DNA of 64,000 nt from Bacteroidota bacterium (GCA_039714655.1 JBDLIX010000001.1:16878-80877); one strand, 5' to 3'; counted from the stretch's first letter, positions 30,087 to 40,724 are shown. Notes: generated from the letters alone by a model not told the origin. Numbers and translations are program-made.

Positions 30087-31947
30087 ATCCGTCAAAACTT
30101 TTATAATCATCGCATTAAGCCTGGTTGGGCACCCAGGGATCTTCGCCCAGGAGGTGGTAATGCCGCTGTTCGGGAACCCCCATGCTGCTGAGCACCACCG
30201 TGATAATCTGCACGTGAAAAAATCTGCCTCAGTCACGTTGCTGGACCTTCCATTGTTTGATGATTTCTCTGCAACTGCTGTGGTTCCCGATACCGGGATC
30301 TGGAGTGATGCCTATGCTTTCGTTAATAACAACTTTTGTAAAGATCCGGTTACCAATGGAGTTGCCACGCTGGATGCGCTTGATTCCGACGGAAGCATAT
30401 ACACAACAGCAGTCCTGGCTCCTTCCACCTTTGTAGCTGATCATATGACAAGCCACTCCATCCAGCTGGAATATCCTGCTTCGGATAGTATATACCTCAG
30501 TTTTCTTTATCAACCCGGAGGACTCTGTGACGCGCCCGAGGAACAGGACTCCCTAATGGTTGATTTTTTTGCGCCTGATTCGGGACAGTGGATCAATGTC
30601 TGGAGCATTGCCGGTAGCGATCTCCTCCCCTTCAGGCATGCCATGATCCCTGTAACCAATGAGCGGTTCCTTACCAGCGGATTCAAGTTCAGGTTCAGAA
30701 ACAGGGCCAGCCTCTCTCGCAGCAACGATTACCCTGATATGCGGAGTAATGTGGATTTCTGGCACGTGGATTATGTGCGGCTTGACCGCAATAGGTTTGC
30801 GGCAGATACCGTACTTCGTGACGTGGCCTTTAACACCCCTCTCAATTCAATCTTAAAGGATCTCACTTCCCTGCCATGGTCACATTTCGAACTGGCTTAC
30901 AATACCGTTTTGGATAAATCAGCTTTTGCCAGATACAGGAACAATGATACCATCACAAGGAACGTGACCCGGTCACTCACCATTCATGAACCAATGTACA
31001 ATGAGACCCATACACCGGAAGCTCCCACTGCCCAGGACCTTCCTGCATTGAATGATACCATAGTGAACTTCGGGTATATTTACCCTTTAGACTTTAATCG
31101 TGGAGATTCGGCCATCATCAGGTTCAAAGCAGCCCTGCGTACCGATGAATTTGATCCCAAAGTGAATGACACTGTGATCTACGACCAGCTCTTTAATGAT
31201 TACTACTCTTATGATGACGGTACGGCTGAGGCAGGCTATGGATTAAGGGGAGGAGGTACAGCAGAAGGTGTTGTAGCCATGAAGTACCACTCATATCAAC
31301 CGGATCAGCTGGGGGGTGTTTACATCTATTTTAATCATGTCTATGATTCTCTCAACCTGAATTACTATTTCAATCTTGTGGTTTGGGACGATTCAGAAGG
31401 TCAACCTGGTTCGGTGATATGGGAAGACGACAATGAATACAAGCCCATCTATTCTTCCTCCTATCCCGGATTTATAAAATACCACTTCTCCCAGCCTGTA
31501 CCGGTCAATGGGCCCTTTTACGTTGGGTGGCGACAGTACAAAGAGTATATATTGAACGTGGGACTGGACCTAAATAACCGGCCGGCATCTCCGGTTATGT
31601 TTTACAACCTGCAGGGTATCTGGGAATCATCTGCAGCCCCGGGAGTAATGATGTTCAGACCCTTTCTTTACAATGAGACCTCTGGTTTACCGGGGAATTC
31701 TGCTGAATCCTCTTCCCTGCACATTTATCCAAATCCGGCCACAGATGTGATTTATTTTGAGCTACCGGTATCCCCCAATGGAGAAAGGATCCAGCTTGAG
31801 ATCTTTGATGCATCGGGCCGACTGGCGGAGCGTACCATAACAGATTCCAACAGCATGAACATATCCTCACTGCCTGCAGGGATCTATTACATTCGGGCAC
31901 TGGTTGGCAGGAGTGTTTATCATTCGAAACTACTGATTAATCCATAG
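30079..31947 (+). CDS. Secreted protein with a T9SS (Por) C-terminal sorting domain
   Basis: I chose the ATG at 30079 (MNRSVKTFIIIALSL..., signal peptide), which overlaps the upstream stop. The C-terminus 'LHIYPNPATDVIYFEL...GIYYIRALVG...SKLLINP' is the T9SS CTD type. Confidence 0.8.
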   Translation: MNRSVKTFIIIALSLVGHPGIFAQEVVMPLFGNPHAAEHHRDNLHVKKSASVTLLDLPLFDDFSATAVVPDTGIWSDAYAFVNNNFCKDPVTNGVATLDALDSDGSIYTTAVLAPSTFVADHMTSHSIQLEYPASDSIYLSFLYQPGGLCDAPEEQDSLMVDFFAPDSGQWINVWSIAGSDLLPFRHAMIPVTNERFLTSGFKFRFRNRASLSRSNDYPDMRSNVDFWHVDYVRLDRNRFAADTVLRDVAFNTPLNSILKDLTSLPWSHFELAYNTVLDKSAFARYRNNDTITRNVTRSLTIHEPMYNETHTPEAPTAQDLPALNDTIVNFGYIYPLDFNRGDSAIIRFKAALRTDEFDPKVNDTVIYDQLFNDYYSYDDGTAEAGYGLRGGGTAEGVVAMKYHSYQPDQLGGVYIYFNHVYDSLNLNYYFNLVVWDDSEGQPGSVIWEDDNEYKPIYSSSYPGFIKYHFSQPVPVNGPFYVGWRQYKEYILNVGLDLNNRPASPVMFYNLQGIWESSAAPGVMMFRPFLYNETSGLPGNSAESSSLHIYPNPATDVIYFELPVSPNGERIQLEIFDASGRLAERTITDSNSMNISSLPAGIYYIRALVGRSVYHSKLLINP

Positions 31948-31950
31948 GCC

Positions 31951-32979
31951 ATGAGTACCGATGTGGTCGACAATCACGAATTGTTTGAGCATTTTCGCTT
32001 TTCAGCCGATCCCGGACAGGCTGTCTTAAGAATTGACAAATTTCTTTTTAACAAGATGGAAGGAACCTCCAGGAGCAGGATCCAGGCTGCCGCCAAGGCA
32101 GGGAACATCCTGGCAAACGGAACTGCTGCAAAGCCCAACTATCGTGTAAAACCCGGGGATGTCATAAGCATCGTTCTCCCCCATCCCCCGAGAAAAATAG
32201 AGTTGGTACCGGAAGATATTCCCCTCGACATAGTTCATGAGGATGAAGATATTCTCGTGGTAAATAAAGAAGCTGGATTGGTGGTTCACCCCGGTTATGG
32301 CAACTACTCCGGCACCATGGTAAATGCCCTGATGTACCACCTCAAAGATCATCCTCTTTTTAGTACCGGAGACGAACGTCCGGGCCTTGTGCACCGCATC
32401 GATAAAAATACCTCAGGATTGCTGGTAGTGGCTAAAAATGAACTGGCACTCAATAAACTGGCCAGTCAGTTTTTTAACAAGACCTCCAGGAGAACCTATT
32501 TGGCGCTTGTGTGGGGGGATATGAAAGAGGAGGAAGGCACCATCGAAGGTAACATTGGGCGCAATCCAAAGGACCGAAAACAGATGCACGTTTTCCCTGA
32601 AGGTAATCAGGGAAAAGTAGCTGTGACACACTACCGTGTTCTGGAACGATTAGGCTATGTCAACCTGGTGGAGTGCAGGCTGGAAACAGGACGAACCCAC
32701 CAGATCAGGGTTCATTTCCAATACATGTCACACCCCCTTTTCAATGATCCCGAGTATGGGGGTGACCGGATTCTGCGGGGTACCACCTTTACCAAATACA
32801 AGCAGTTTATTCAGAATTGCTTCGACCAGTTGCCCGGCCAGGCACTACATGCCCAAACCCTGGGTTTCATTCACCCAACATCCGGAAAAGAGCTATTGTT
32901 TGAGGCACCACTTCCTGAAGGTTTTAGCGCTGTACTTCAGAAATGGCACACTTATCTTCAGGGACGCAGGGATGAGTAG
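31951..32979 (+). CDS. rluD: 23S rRNA pseudouridine synthase, RluA/RluD family
   Basis: 342 aa with an S4 domain and the catalytic 'HRIDKNTSGLLVVAK' motif. Confidence 0.9.
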   Translation: MSTDVVDNHELFEHFRFSADPGQAVLRIDKFLFNKMEGTSRSRIQAAAKAGNILANGTAAKPNYRVKPGDVISIVLPHPPRKIELVPEDIPLDIVHEDEDILVVNKEAGLVVHPGYGNYSGTMVNALMYHLKDHPLFSTGDERPGLVHRIDKNTSGLLVVAKNELALNKLASQFFNKTSRRTYLALVWGDMKEEEGTIEGNIGRNPKDRKQMHVFPEGNQGKVAVTHYRVLERLGYVNLVECRLETGRTHQIRVHFQYMSHPLFNDPEYGGDRILRGTTFTKYKQFIQNCFDQLPGQALHAQTLGFIHPTSGKELLFEAPLPEGFSAVLQKWHTYLQGRRDE

Positions 32980-33114
32980 AGGAAAATGATCCAAAAATAA
33001 GGTACGTTTGTGGAGGTATGCGTACATTCGTCAATTTGAGCCTGCTATATGAATCCTCTTTCATAGAAAAGATCGTAAATTTATCGAAGGAGTACAGTGC
33101 AACATTGAGAAAAT

Positions 33115-34083
33115 ATGAATATTGCCATATTTACCGGAGGAGATTCTTCTGAATATGTGATCTCCATGAAAAGCGCCGAACAGGTCCATAAATGGCTTGA
33201 ACAAGCTGGCCATTCCTGTTTTTTGGTGGAGGTGAGAGGGGCTAAATGGACAGTTCATTACGGTGATCTTCGAATCCCGTTGGACAAAAACAGCTTAAGC
33301 TTTAAAACCGATAGTGACTCTATCCACTTTGATTTTGCATGGAATACCATCCATGGAACTCCTGGAGAGGATGGCAAGCTTCAGGGATGCTTCGATATGA
33401 TGGGGATCCCTTACAACAGCTCTAATCACCTCTCCTCAGCACTTACTTTTAATAAGTATACCTGCAAGACTTTCCTTAAACAGCACAATGTACTCACTCC
33501 GGAAGCAAGCCTGGTCAGAAGAAAAATGGATACAGACCTTGAATTGGTAGCAGAAAGCGTGGGCTTGCCATGCTTTGTAAAACCCAACAGTGGAGGATCC
33601 AGTTTCGGCATTGCCAAAGTTGGTAAATTTGAGGAACTACAACCTGCTTTGGATGAAGCCCTGAGAGAGGACAATGAGGCCATCGTTGAAAGGTACATCA
33701 AGGGTACCGAGGTGACATGCGGATTGATGAAAACCCGTCAGGGATTTTCCCTCTTTCCGGTCACAGAGATTGTCCCGAAAAATGAATTCTTCGACTATGA
33801 GGCGAAATATACCGATGGAAAAGCTGAAGAGATCACCCCTGCACGTCTTGAGGAAGGTCTTGGGCGCAAATGTCAGGAACTCGCCAAAAGGATTTATGAA
33901 CTCACCGATTCCTCCGGGATCATCAGGGTGGATTTCATCATCAAAGGCAACCAGCTTTATTTCCTGGAACTCAATTCCATTCCTGGCATGTCCAGGGAAA
34001 GCATCATTCCCAAACAGGTCAACAGCATGGGCTTAAAAATGGAGGATCTCCTTCAACAGGTCATAGACAACGCCCTGCAATAG
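33115..34083 (+). CDS. ddl: D-alanine--D-alanine ligase
   Basis: 322 aa with an ATP-grasp fold ('PCFVKPNSGGSSFGI', 'LELNSIPGMS'). Confidence 0.93.
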   Translation: MNIAIFTGGDSSEYVISMKSAEQVHKWLEQAGHSCFLVEVRGAKWTVHYGDLRIPLDKNSLSFKTDSDSIHFDFAWNTIHGTPGEDGKLQGCFDMMGIPYNSSNHLSSALTFNKYTCKTFLKQHNVLTPEASLVRRKMDTDLELVAESVGLPCFVKPNSGGSSFGIAKVGKFEELQPALDEALREDNEAIVERYIKGTEVTCGLMKTRQGFSLFPVTEIVPKNEFFDYEAKYTDGKAEEITPARLEEGLGRKCQELAKRIYELTDSSGIIRVDFIIKGNQLYFLELNSIPGMSRESIIPKQVNSMGLKMEDLLQQVIDNALQ

Positions 34084-34106
34084 TTGACTATTTGATTATT
34101 TGAAAA

Positions 34107-34877
34107 TTATTTCTCTCTCTTATATTCCATTCTACAGATGTCATTATTCGATTTAAATATTTTATCCAACTCTCTTGTTAATGGTAATGACATTTTTTGC
34201 AAGTACTCCGACATTTTATTAATTCGCTCTCCTTCTTTTCTCTTTTTTGAATTTAATCCTTTCCTGATCGATCCACTTATATAATAACTTGTTCGTATAT
34301 TTATAAATTCTTGATTGACCAATTCAAATCCATTTCCCCGCATTATCTTTTCATAATAAGTTATTGGTCTTCCTAAACATAATTCATCACCTTTTATTTC
34401 GCTTTCAATTCGTTCAAATAAATATGCTTCTGTTTTACTCACTCTTGCTAATTCACCCATTATCTTTTTTAACATGTTTTCATCTGTATTATGTTGAAGT
34501 ACCGTTGCTGTAATAACTATATCAAATTCTCTATCTTTAAACGGCAATCTAGTTCCATCAATTTTGATTATTTCCACATCTGAGGGTACTTTATTCCTGG
34601 CAAGTTTCACCATTTGTTCTGATATATCAACTCCTGTCAACCTTGATGGTTTGTGTTTATAAATTTCTATTAAATTTCCTCCAGGTCCATTTCCTATTTC
34701 AAGTACTGACTTGTCTTTGAATTCTATCTCATTCAGTAATTTTAAAAACTCTTTTCTTTTGTAACGATAATATGGTTCGTCATCTCCTGCTATTATATTC
34801 TTTCCATTCTCCCGTTCTTCTATTCTTTCTCCTACTTTTGTCCAATATCCTTCCGGATGATATTTTTCTTCTTTCAT
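34107..34877 (-). CDS. Class I SAM-dependent methyltransferase (AT-rich, likely acquired)
   Basis: 256 aa with SAM motif I 'VLEIGNGPGGNL' and post-I 'GVDISEQM'. The gene and its flanks are visibly more AT-rich and Lys/Ile/Asn/Glu-biased than their neighbours. Confidence 0.8.
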   Translation of the reverse strand: MKEEKYHPEGYWTKVGERIEERENGKNIIAGDDEPYYRYKRKEFLKLLNEIEFKDKSVLEIGNGPGGNLIEIYKHKPSRLTGVDISEQMVKLARNKVPSDVEIIKIDGTRLPFKDREFDIVITATVLQHNTDENMLKKIMGELARVSKTEAYLFERIESEIKGDELCLGRPITYYEKIMRGNGFELVNQEFINIRTSYYISGSIRKGLNSKKRKEGERINKMSEYLQKMSLPLTRELDKIFKSNNDICRMEYKREK

Positions 34878-35115
34878 TTTCTCTGTCCTTTATATTTTAT
34901 TCTAACTAGCGTCAAATTTTGTTGTTGATATTCAGTAGTTTATATTTTCTTCAAATTTAATTATTTTTCTCTGTTTTTTTCCTTCTCATTTTGTCGTTAG
35001 CTTTAGAAATCAATTGGGATTTCTTAATCCTTGGGAAATAAAACTGATCCAATCTAATCCTCGAAATTGACAATTAAAACATGATTTTCACAATTTTTAC
35101 TACTTTTGGATCCCC

Positions 35116-35556
35116 ATGATAAAGCACCTAATTAGCATCATACTGACAGCTCTTGTAGCTATGATCAGTGCGTGTACCTATTCAGAGTCAGGAATCTATC
35201 GCGTGGACCCCGTTCCTGGTGATCCACCAATGATATCGGCACATACTAACCTTGACACCATCATTGATCCAACTGTAATTGACAGTCTGGAGGTTATTTA
35301 CAACGTTGATATCGAGAATGGAAAGTTTTATCAAGTGGAAGCATTCGTTTTCGATAAGTTGGTACATAGCTCCGACACCACCCATGGTTCATTCTGGATC
35401 ACCTCCGCTTTTGTGACGGATACGGTTGTTGACACCCTCTCCCTATATTTCTTTCACAGTACCAATTCAAACAGCCTGGCTGATATTGTCGGACTGGAAT
35501 ACGATTATATTGAATTGGACTACCCGATCATCTTTGAAGAGGGAGGCAGGCGATGA
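35116..35556 (+). CDS. Hypothetical lipoprotein
   Basis: 146 aa with a signal peptide and lipobox 'AMISAC'. I recognised no other motif. Confidence 0.5.
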   Translation: MIKHLISIILTALVAMISACTYSESGIYRVDPVPGDPPMISAHTNLDTIIDPTVIDSLEVIYNVDIENGKFYQVEAFVFDKLVHSSDTTHGSFWITSAFVTDTVVDTLSLYFFHSTNSNSLADIVGLEYDYIELDYPIIFEEGGRR

Positions 35557-36269
35557 GAAAAGCACTCACACTGATCTTCCTGCTTGCTCTTCTTTATTTA
35601 CCGGAAACGGGAGCCCATGCCCAGGACAAAGGCCTGATGGCCTCTTATGGAGGAGCCACCTTTAGAATGGATGACCTGAAATACTTTCAGGAATACATAC
35701 TGAGTACCTATCCGGTGGAAGGGAAGATTATCAGCTCATTTCCTCCATACCCCTCTGCTTCAGTCAGTTTCTTCAAACAGTGGTTCCCTCAGGTCCGGAT
35801 TGGTGCAGGATATGCATATACCTCCACGGGTGGCAAATCTGACTACACCGATTATTCTGGAAATATTCATACCACCATTATGGCAGCCTCACACCGCGTG
35901 GGAGCGTTTGTCTCATATACAGTTCTGGGGAATGACCACTTTGATCTTTCACTTTTCGGAAGGCTGGATGCAAATCTCACAAGAGTAGAGGTTTCATCTT
36001 CCATATACGCCGGTGGCTATTCCAACGCCCTGCTAAACGAGTACAGATCCATCAGTCCCAATGCATCGACCGGACTGGAACTGACATATAGTTTCAAGGA
36101 CTTTGCCATCGGAATGGATGGTGGCTACCTGGTGGACTTTCCCGGAGATCTAACTGACAACGAAAGGGATAGTAAATTGTATGATCCTGTTGACGGAGAG
36201 AGGATTCTCACCTCTGATTGGACGGGATGGCGTGCCAGCATTAAAGTCATTTTTTGGTTAAATTTCTAA
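35553..36269 (+). CDS. Hypothetical outer-membrane beta-barrel protein
   Basis: 238 aa with a signal peptide, alternating-strand pattern, and C-terminal 'KVIFWLNF'. Its ATG overlaps the stop of the upstream lipoprotein gene (ATGA). Confidence 0.5.
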   Translation: MRKALTLIFLLALLYLPETGAHAQDKGLMASYGGATFRMDDLKYFQEYILSTYPVEGKIISSFPPYPSASVSFFKQWFPQVRIGAGYAYTSTGGKSDYTDYSGNIHTTIMAASHRVGAFVSYTVLGNDHFDLSLFGRLDANLTRVEVSSSIYAGGYSNALLNEYRSISPNASTGLELTYSFKDFAIGMDGGYLVDFPGDLTDNERDSKLYDPVDGERILTSDWTGWRASIKVIFWLNF

Positions 36270-37048
36270 CCGCTTTCGCCTTTAACGGAACGAATGAATT
36301 CCACCACTTTCTCTTCAAGGGGACCTTTCTCTCCCATGGCCCTGATAAATGCGCTTCCAATAATTGCCCCCTCGGCATGCATGCATGCTGTCTTGAAGGT
36401 TTCATGATTGGAGATACCGAATCCAATCAATCCAGGCAGAGGAAGGGCCATACTCCTGATACGCTGGAAATAATCGACCTGATGCTGGCTGATTCCAGAC
36501 TTCACACCCGTAGTTGATGCATCTGACACCAGATAGAGAAATCCTTTCGAGAGTCGGGCTATCTTATGGATGCGTTCTGTGGATGTATGTGGAGTGATCA
36601 GTAATATGTGGTGAATTCCATACTTCTTAAAGAGGTCAAGGTACCTGGATTCATACTCATAAGGAGGCAGGTCCGGGATGATCACCCCATCAATACCAAC
36701 CTCATGACATTTTTCCAGGAAAATCTCCATCCCCATCTGCAGCACAGGATTAAGATAACCCATCAGAACCAGCGGGATATGAACAGTAGAACGGATCCCT
36801 GAAAGCTGTCTGAATAGCAGTTTCAGGTTCATGCCATTCTGAAGTGCAAACTGACTGCTCTGCTGGATTACCGGGCCATCTGCAAGGGGATCTGAGAACG
36901 GTATCCCGATTTCCACCATATCGGTTCCGCAGGTTTGAAGAGCCCTCAAAAGAGCCGGGGTATCATTTAGATCCGGGTATCCAGCTGTTGTATAAACGGA
37001 GAGTATCTCTCCTCTCTTCTCCTTGAATAATTGATCAATCCTATTCAC
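36266..37048 (-). CDS. trpA: Tryptophan synthase alpha chain
   Basis: 260 aa with 'EIGIPFSDPLADGPVIQ'. Confidence 0.93.
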   Translation of the reverse strand: MNRIDQLFKEKRGEILSVYTTAGYPDLNDTPALLRALQTCGTDMVEIGIPFSDPLADGPVIQQSSQFALQNGMNLKLLFRQLSGIRSTVHIPLVLMGYLNPVLQMGMEIFLEKCHEVGIDGVIIPDLPPYEYESRYLDLFKKYGIHHILLITPHTSTERIHKIARLSKGFLYLVSDASTTGVKSGISQHQVDYFQRIRSMALPLPGLIGFGISNHETFKTACMHAEGAIIGSAFIRAMGEKGPLEEKVVEFIRSVKGESG

Positions 37049-37088
37049 CAGCTTTAATTTATTAATGTTCGTTTCATCTCTATTTCTC

Positions 37089-38273
37089 TTATAAACTTAA
37101 TCTATCGATATATGTCTCCATATCTTTATCCCCCCGCCCCGAAAGGTTAACCACTACCGTCTCCTCCTTACCGGGACTGATTTTATCGAGGACTGCAAGG
37201 GCATGGGCCGTTTCCAGAGCCGGAATGATTCCCTCTTTCCTGGTACAGAGCAGGGCTGCCTGAAGGGCCTCCTCATCGGTGGCAGTATACACTTTGGACC
37301 TTCCTGACCTGGCAAGCCAGGAATGGAGTGGACCCACACCGGGATAATCCAATCCTGCAGAAATTGAATAGGGTTCCTCTATCTGTCCGTCTTCATCCTG
37401 CATCAGCAGGGTTTTACTGCCGTGAATGATCCCTACTCTTCCCAAAACCGAAGTGGCTGCTGTTTGACCACTGTTGACCCCCATCCCTGCTGCTTCGGCA
37501 GAGATCAGGCGAACCCTTTCATCCTTCAGGTAATGATAATATGCTCCGGCCGCATTGCTCCCTCCTCCCACACAGGCCACCAGGTAATCGGGGAAATCCC
37601 GTCCCGTTTTTTCTGCCAGCTGGACCTTGATCTCCTCTGAGATGACCGATTGAAACCGGGTTACCATATCAGGATAGGGATGGGGTCCCACAACAGAGCC
37701 AATGATATAATGGGTCTCAACAGGATGATTGATCCAGTCGCGTATTGCTTCATTGGTAGCATCTTTGAGGGTTTTATTCCCACTGTGTACAGGCACCACC
37801 TCTGCTCCAAGCATCTTCATCTTCTTTACATTGGGCGATTGCCGCTCCACATCCAGTGCACCCATATAGACAATACAATTCATACCCGTCAGTGCACAAA
37901 CAGTCGCTGTAGCCACACCATGCTGTCCGGCACCTGTTTCAGCAATGATGCGCTTCTTTCCCAGATCTCTTGCCAGCAGGATCTGACCAATGGTATTGTT
38001 TATTTTATGGGCGCCTGTATGGTTCAGGTCTTCCCGCTTAAGATAGATGTTGGTCCCATAATGTTCCGACAGGCGATCTGCCCGGAACAGTGGTGTGGGT
38101 CTGCCGGCATAATCCTGCAACAATCGACTGAACTGCTCCCTGAACTGATCCGATCCGATAATCTTCAGATAATTCTCCTCCAGCTCCCTGATATTGGGAT
38201 AAAGCATTTCAGGAATATAGGCTCCCCCAAATTCCCCATAAAACCCATTTTGATCAATTTCAAAACCCATCAT
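37089..38273 (-). CDS. trpB: Tryptophan synthase beta chain
   Basis: 394 aa with the PLP-Lys context '[11 protein letters not shown]' and 'GGGSNA'. Confidence 0.95.
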   Translation of the reverse strand: MMGFEIDQNGFYGEFGGAYIPEMLYPNIRELEENYLKIIGSDQFREQFSRLLQDYAGRPTPLFRADRLSEHYGTNIYLKREDLNHTGAHKINNTIGQILLARDLGKKRIIAETGAGQHGVATATVCALTGMNCIVYMGALDVERQSPNVKKMKMLGAEVVPVHSGNKTLKDATNEAIRDWINHPVETHYIIGSVVGPHPYPDMVTRFQSVISEEIKVQLAEKTGRDFPDYLVACVGGGSNAAGAYYHYLKDERVRLISAEAAGMGVNSGQTAATSVLGRVGIIHGSKTLLMQDEDGQIEEPYSISAGLDYPGVGPLHSWLARSGRSKVYTATDEEALQAALLCTRKEGIIPALETAHALAVLDKISPGKEETVVVNLSGRGDKDMETYIDRLSL

Positions 38274-38276
38274 TCT

Positions 38277-38912
38277 CTATTTTCTGATTTCCCTCATAAA
38301 CTCCTCCAGAAGATTCACATCTTTCAAGCCGGGAGAGAGCTCAAACCTGCTGTTCAGATCAATCCCGAATAATCCTTCAAAGTGGAGTTTCCGAATGGCA
38401 GCTCCATCTTCCGGACCAATCCCTCCGCTAAGCAGGAAAGGGTTTGGAATAAATGATTCATCGAGAAGTTCCCAGTCAAACTTCCGGCCGGTTCCCCCGT
38501 ATGTTTCTCCCGGTGTATCGATAAGGAGATAATCAACTCCCTTTTTGTATGCTTCAGGAGTAGCACCTTCAGCAATAGAATCCGGACTGAGTGCTTTAAT
38601 CACCGGTATCCCCATATCTTGCATTGTCTCACAATAGTGGGGAGATTCTTCTCCGTGCAATTGAACCATATCAAGCCGGCATAAGGAAAATATCTGTTCC
38701 ACTTTGGAAATCTCCTCATTCACAAACACCCCCACCTTCAGTGTACTCTCTGCGGGTATACCGAAAATGGCCGGATCGGGCTTCTTACCTACATACCGCT
38801 TTGATCCAGGGTAAAAAATATACCCAACAAAATCGGGCTCCAGGGCACATACCCCTTCTATGTTTTCCGGGTGAAGTAATCCACACACCTTTATTTTCAA
38901 CGAGTGCTTCAT
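38277..38912 (-). CDS. trpF: Phosphoribosylanthranilate isomerase
   Basis: 211 aa with 'KVCGL' and 'VQLHGEES'. Position in the operon supports the call. Confidence 0.9.
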   Translation of the reverse strand: MKHSLKIKVCGLLHPENIEGVCALEPDFVGYIFYPGSKRYVGKKPDPAIFGIPAESTLKVGVFVNEEISKVEQIFSLCRLDMVQLHGEESPHYCETMQDMGIPVIKALSPDSIAEGATPEAYKKGVDYLLIDTPGETYGGTGRKFDWELLDESFIPNPFLLSGGIGPEDGAAIRKLHFEGLFGIDLNSRFELSPGLKDVNLLEEFMREIRK

Positions 38913-38931
38913 TTTAGTTGACCAGTATATA

Positions 38932-39711
38932 TCACAACTTCTCCATCAGTTTTTTACACGCCTTGCCAGGATCCTGCTCCTTCATAAAGGACTCTCCCAA
39001 CAGAAATAGCTGGAAACCTGCCTCCCAAAGTCTTTTTATTTCATCACTGCTGTTCAAGCCGCTTTCAGACACCGGAACAACCCCTTCTGGCATTTGCCCG
39101 ATCAGCTCCATGCTTCTGTCAATATCTACCTGGAAGGTTTTCAGGTCACGGTTGTTTACTCCCACATAGCCGATGGAGTCGCTGTATTTTTCCAACTCAT
39201 CTCTGTCATGCACTTCGAACAGTACCTGAAGTCCAAGGGAGCTGGCCTCAAGAGCAAGATCCTCCACCTCATTCTTGTCCAGGAGGGTAGCAATCAGCAA
39301 TACCATGTCTGCACCATATGCGCTTGCCTCATGCAACTGGTAAGGATCGATAATGAAATCCTTTCTCAGAAGGACCAGGTCAGAATAAGATTCTCTTACA
39401 TGCTTCAAGTCTGAGAAGGATCCCCCGAAAAAGCTTCTGTCCGTAAGGATACTCATGGCAGCTACTCCTGCATCACGGTATGCGCCTGCCACTGCAACAG
39501 GATTGGCTTCCATATTAAGGGGACCTTTGGAAGGTGATTTTCGCTTGAATTCTGCAATGATCCCAGGAGTATCGATCAATCCTGCAGAATCAATGCCATT
39601 GGTTTTCCGCCTGTAGAATGGGAACCTGTTCAAGTTGGATAAAGGCCGCTTCTGCTTCCGCTTTAACACCTCCATTTTTTTATGCTCAACAATGGCATCC
39701 AGAATGTTCAT
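38932..39711 (-). CDS. trpC: Indole-3-glycerol-phosphate synthase
   Basis: 259 aa with 'IIAEFKRKSPSKG', 'LRKDFIIDPYQ' and 'VGVNNRDL'. Confidence 0.9.
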   Translation of the reverse strand: MNILDAIVEHKKMEVLKRKQKRPLSNLNRFPFYRRKTNGIDSAGLIDTPGIIAEFKRKSPSKGPLNMEANPVAVAGAYRDAGVAAMSILTDRSFFGGSFSDLKHVRESYSDLVLLRKDFIIDPYQLHEASAYGADMVLLIATLLDKNEVEDLALEASSLGLQVLFEVHDRDELEKYSDSIGYVGVNNRDLKTFQVDIDRSMELIGQMPEGVVPVSESGLNSSDEIKRLWEAGFQLFLLGESFMKEQDPGKACKKLMEKL

Positions 39712-39712
39712 G

Positions 39713-40705
39713 CTATTTGCTTTCTACCAGGTTTTCAAATGTGCTTAAAGCTGAACCCGATTTCAGAGAGTCTCTGGCTCTCTCCAGGCAACTTTCGATG
39801 CCCCTGGATTCATCCATACAGTACATGGCAAATGCTGCATTGGCCACTACCACATCGTTCTGGGCATGGCTTCCTTTTCCCTCCAGGATTTTCAGGAAAA
39901 CTGCAGCAGCCTCTTCCACGGTGGAACCGCCATAGATATCGGAGGGTTTCACCTGTGCAAGTCCAAGGTCGGCAGGTACAAAGGTACGATCGGTCTGCCG
40001 GGTCAGTGCCTTAAAACCACCTGTTAAAGAAATCTCATCGTACCCGTCCAGTGAATGTATGATACAATACTGTTTTTCCGATTCCTGGTATAAATAGTTG
40101 TAGAGTCTGGCCACATCAAGGCTGAAAACCCCAACCAGTTGATTCTTCGGGAAAGCCGGATTCACCATGGGTCCCAACATATTGAAAAAAGTCTTGATCC
40201 GGAGGCTCTGCCTTACAGGCGCCACATTTTTCATGGCCGGGTTGAATAGTGGGGCATGCAGGAAACAGATATTATACCGGTCCATCTCCCTCTTTAACCT
40301 GTCGTTATCGCTGGAAAAGGAATATCCGTAGTATTCCAGCACATTGGATGAGCCACAGGCTGAGGATACACTGTAGTTCCCATGTTTGGCCACCTTTTCT
40401 CCTGCACCAGCTACCACAAAGGAGGTGAGGGTGGAAATATTGAAAGTATTCTTTTCATCACCCCCGGTACCACATACGTCGATGGTATTGAATTCCGATA
40501 GATCTACCGGTGTACAAAGTTCCAGCAGGGCATCACGGAAACCCGACAACTCCTCCACTGTAATGCTTCGCATCAAATAGACCGAAATAAATGCAGCTAT
40601 CTCCGAATCATTGTATATACCCTCTGCCATATTCCTCAGGATCAGCTTGGCATCCTCCTTACCCAGGGTCCGGTGGTCAAACAAATATTGTAGTGTCTCT
40701 TTCAT
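39713..40705 (-). CDS. trpD: Anthranilate phosphoribosyltransferase
   Basis: Carries 'CGTGGDEKNTFNIST'. I chose the ATG at 40705 (MKETLQYLFDH...). A GTG at 40759 overlapping the trpG stop would add an 18-aa repeat-encoded extension. Confidence 0.88.
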   Translation of the reverse strand: MKETLQYLFDHRTLGKEDAKLILRNMAEGIYNDSEIAAFISVYLMRSITVEELSGFRDALLELCTPVDLSEFNTIDVCGTGGDEKNTFNISTLTSFVVAGAGEKVAKHGNYSVSSACGSSNVLEYYGYSFSSDNDRLKREMDRYNICFLHAPLFNPAMKNVAPVRQSLRIKTFFNMLGPMVNPAFPKNQLVGVFSLDVARLYNYLYQESEKQYCIIHSLDGYDEISLTGGFKALTRQTDRTFVPADLGLAQVKPSDIYGGSTVEEAAAVFLKILEGKGSHAQNDVVVANAAFAMYCMDESRGIESCLERARDSLKSGSALSTFENLVESK

Positions 40706-40724
40706 ACGTATCACTTCTAAGTTA

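Noticed and set aside
37650-38372. 240-aa plus-strand ORF
   Set aside because: It lies entirely antisense to trpB/trpF, whose identities are unambiguous. It is a typical shadow ORF with a Cys/His/Ile-rich nonsense composition.
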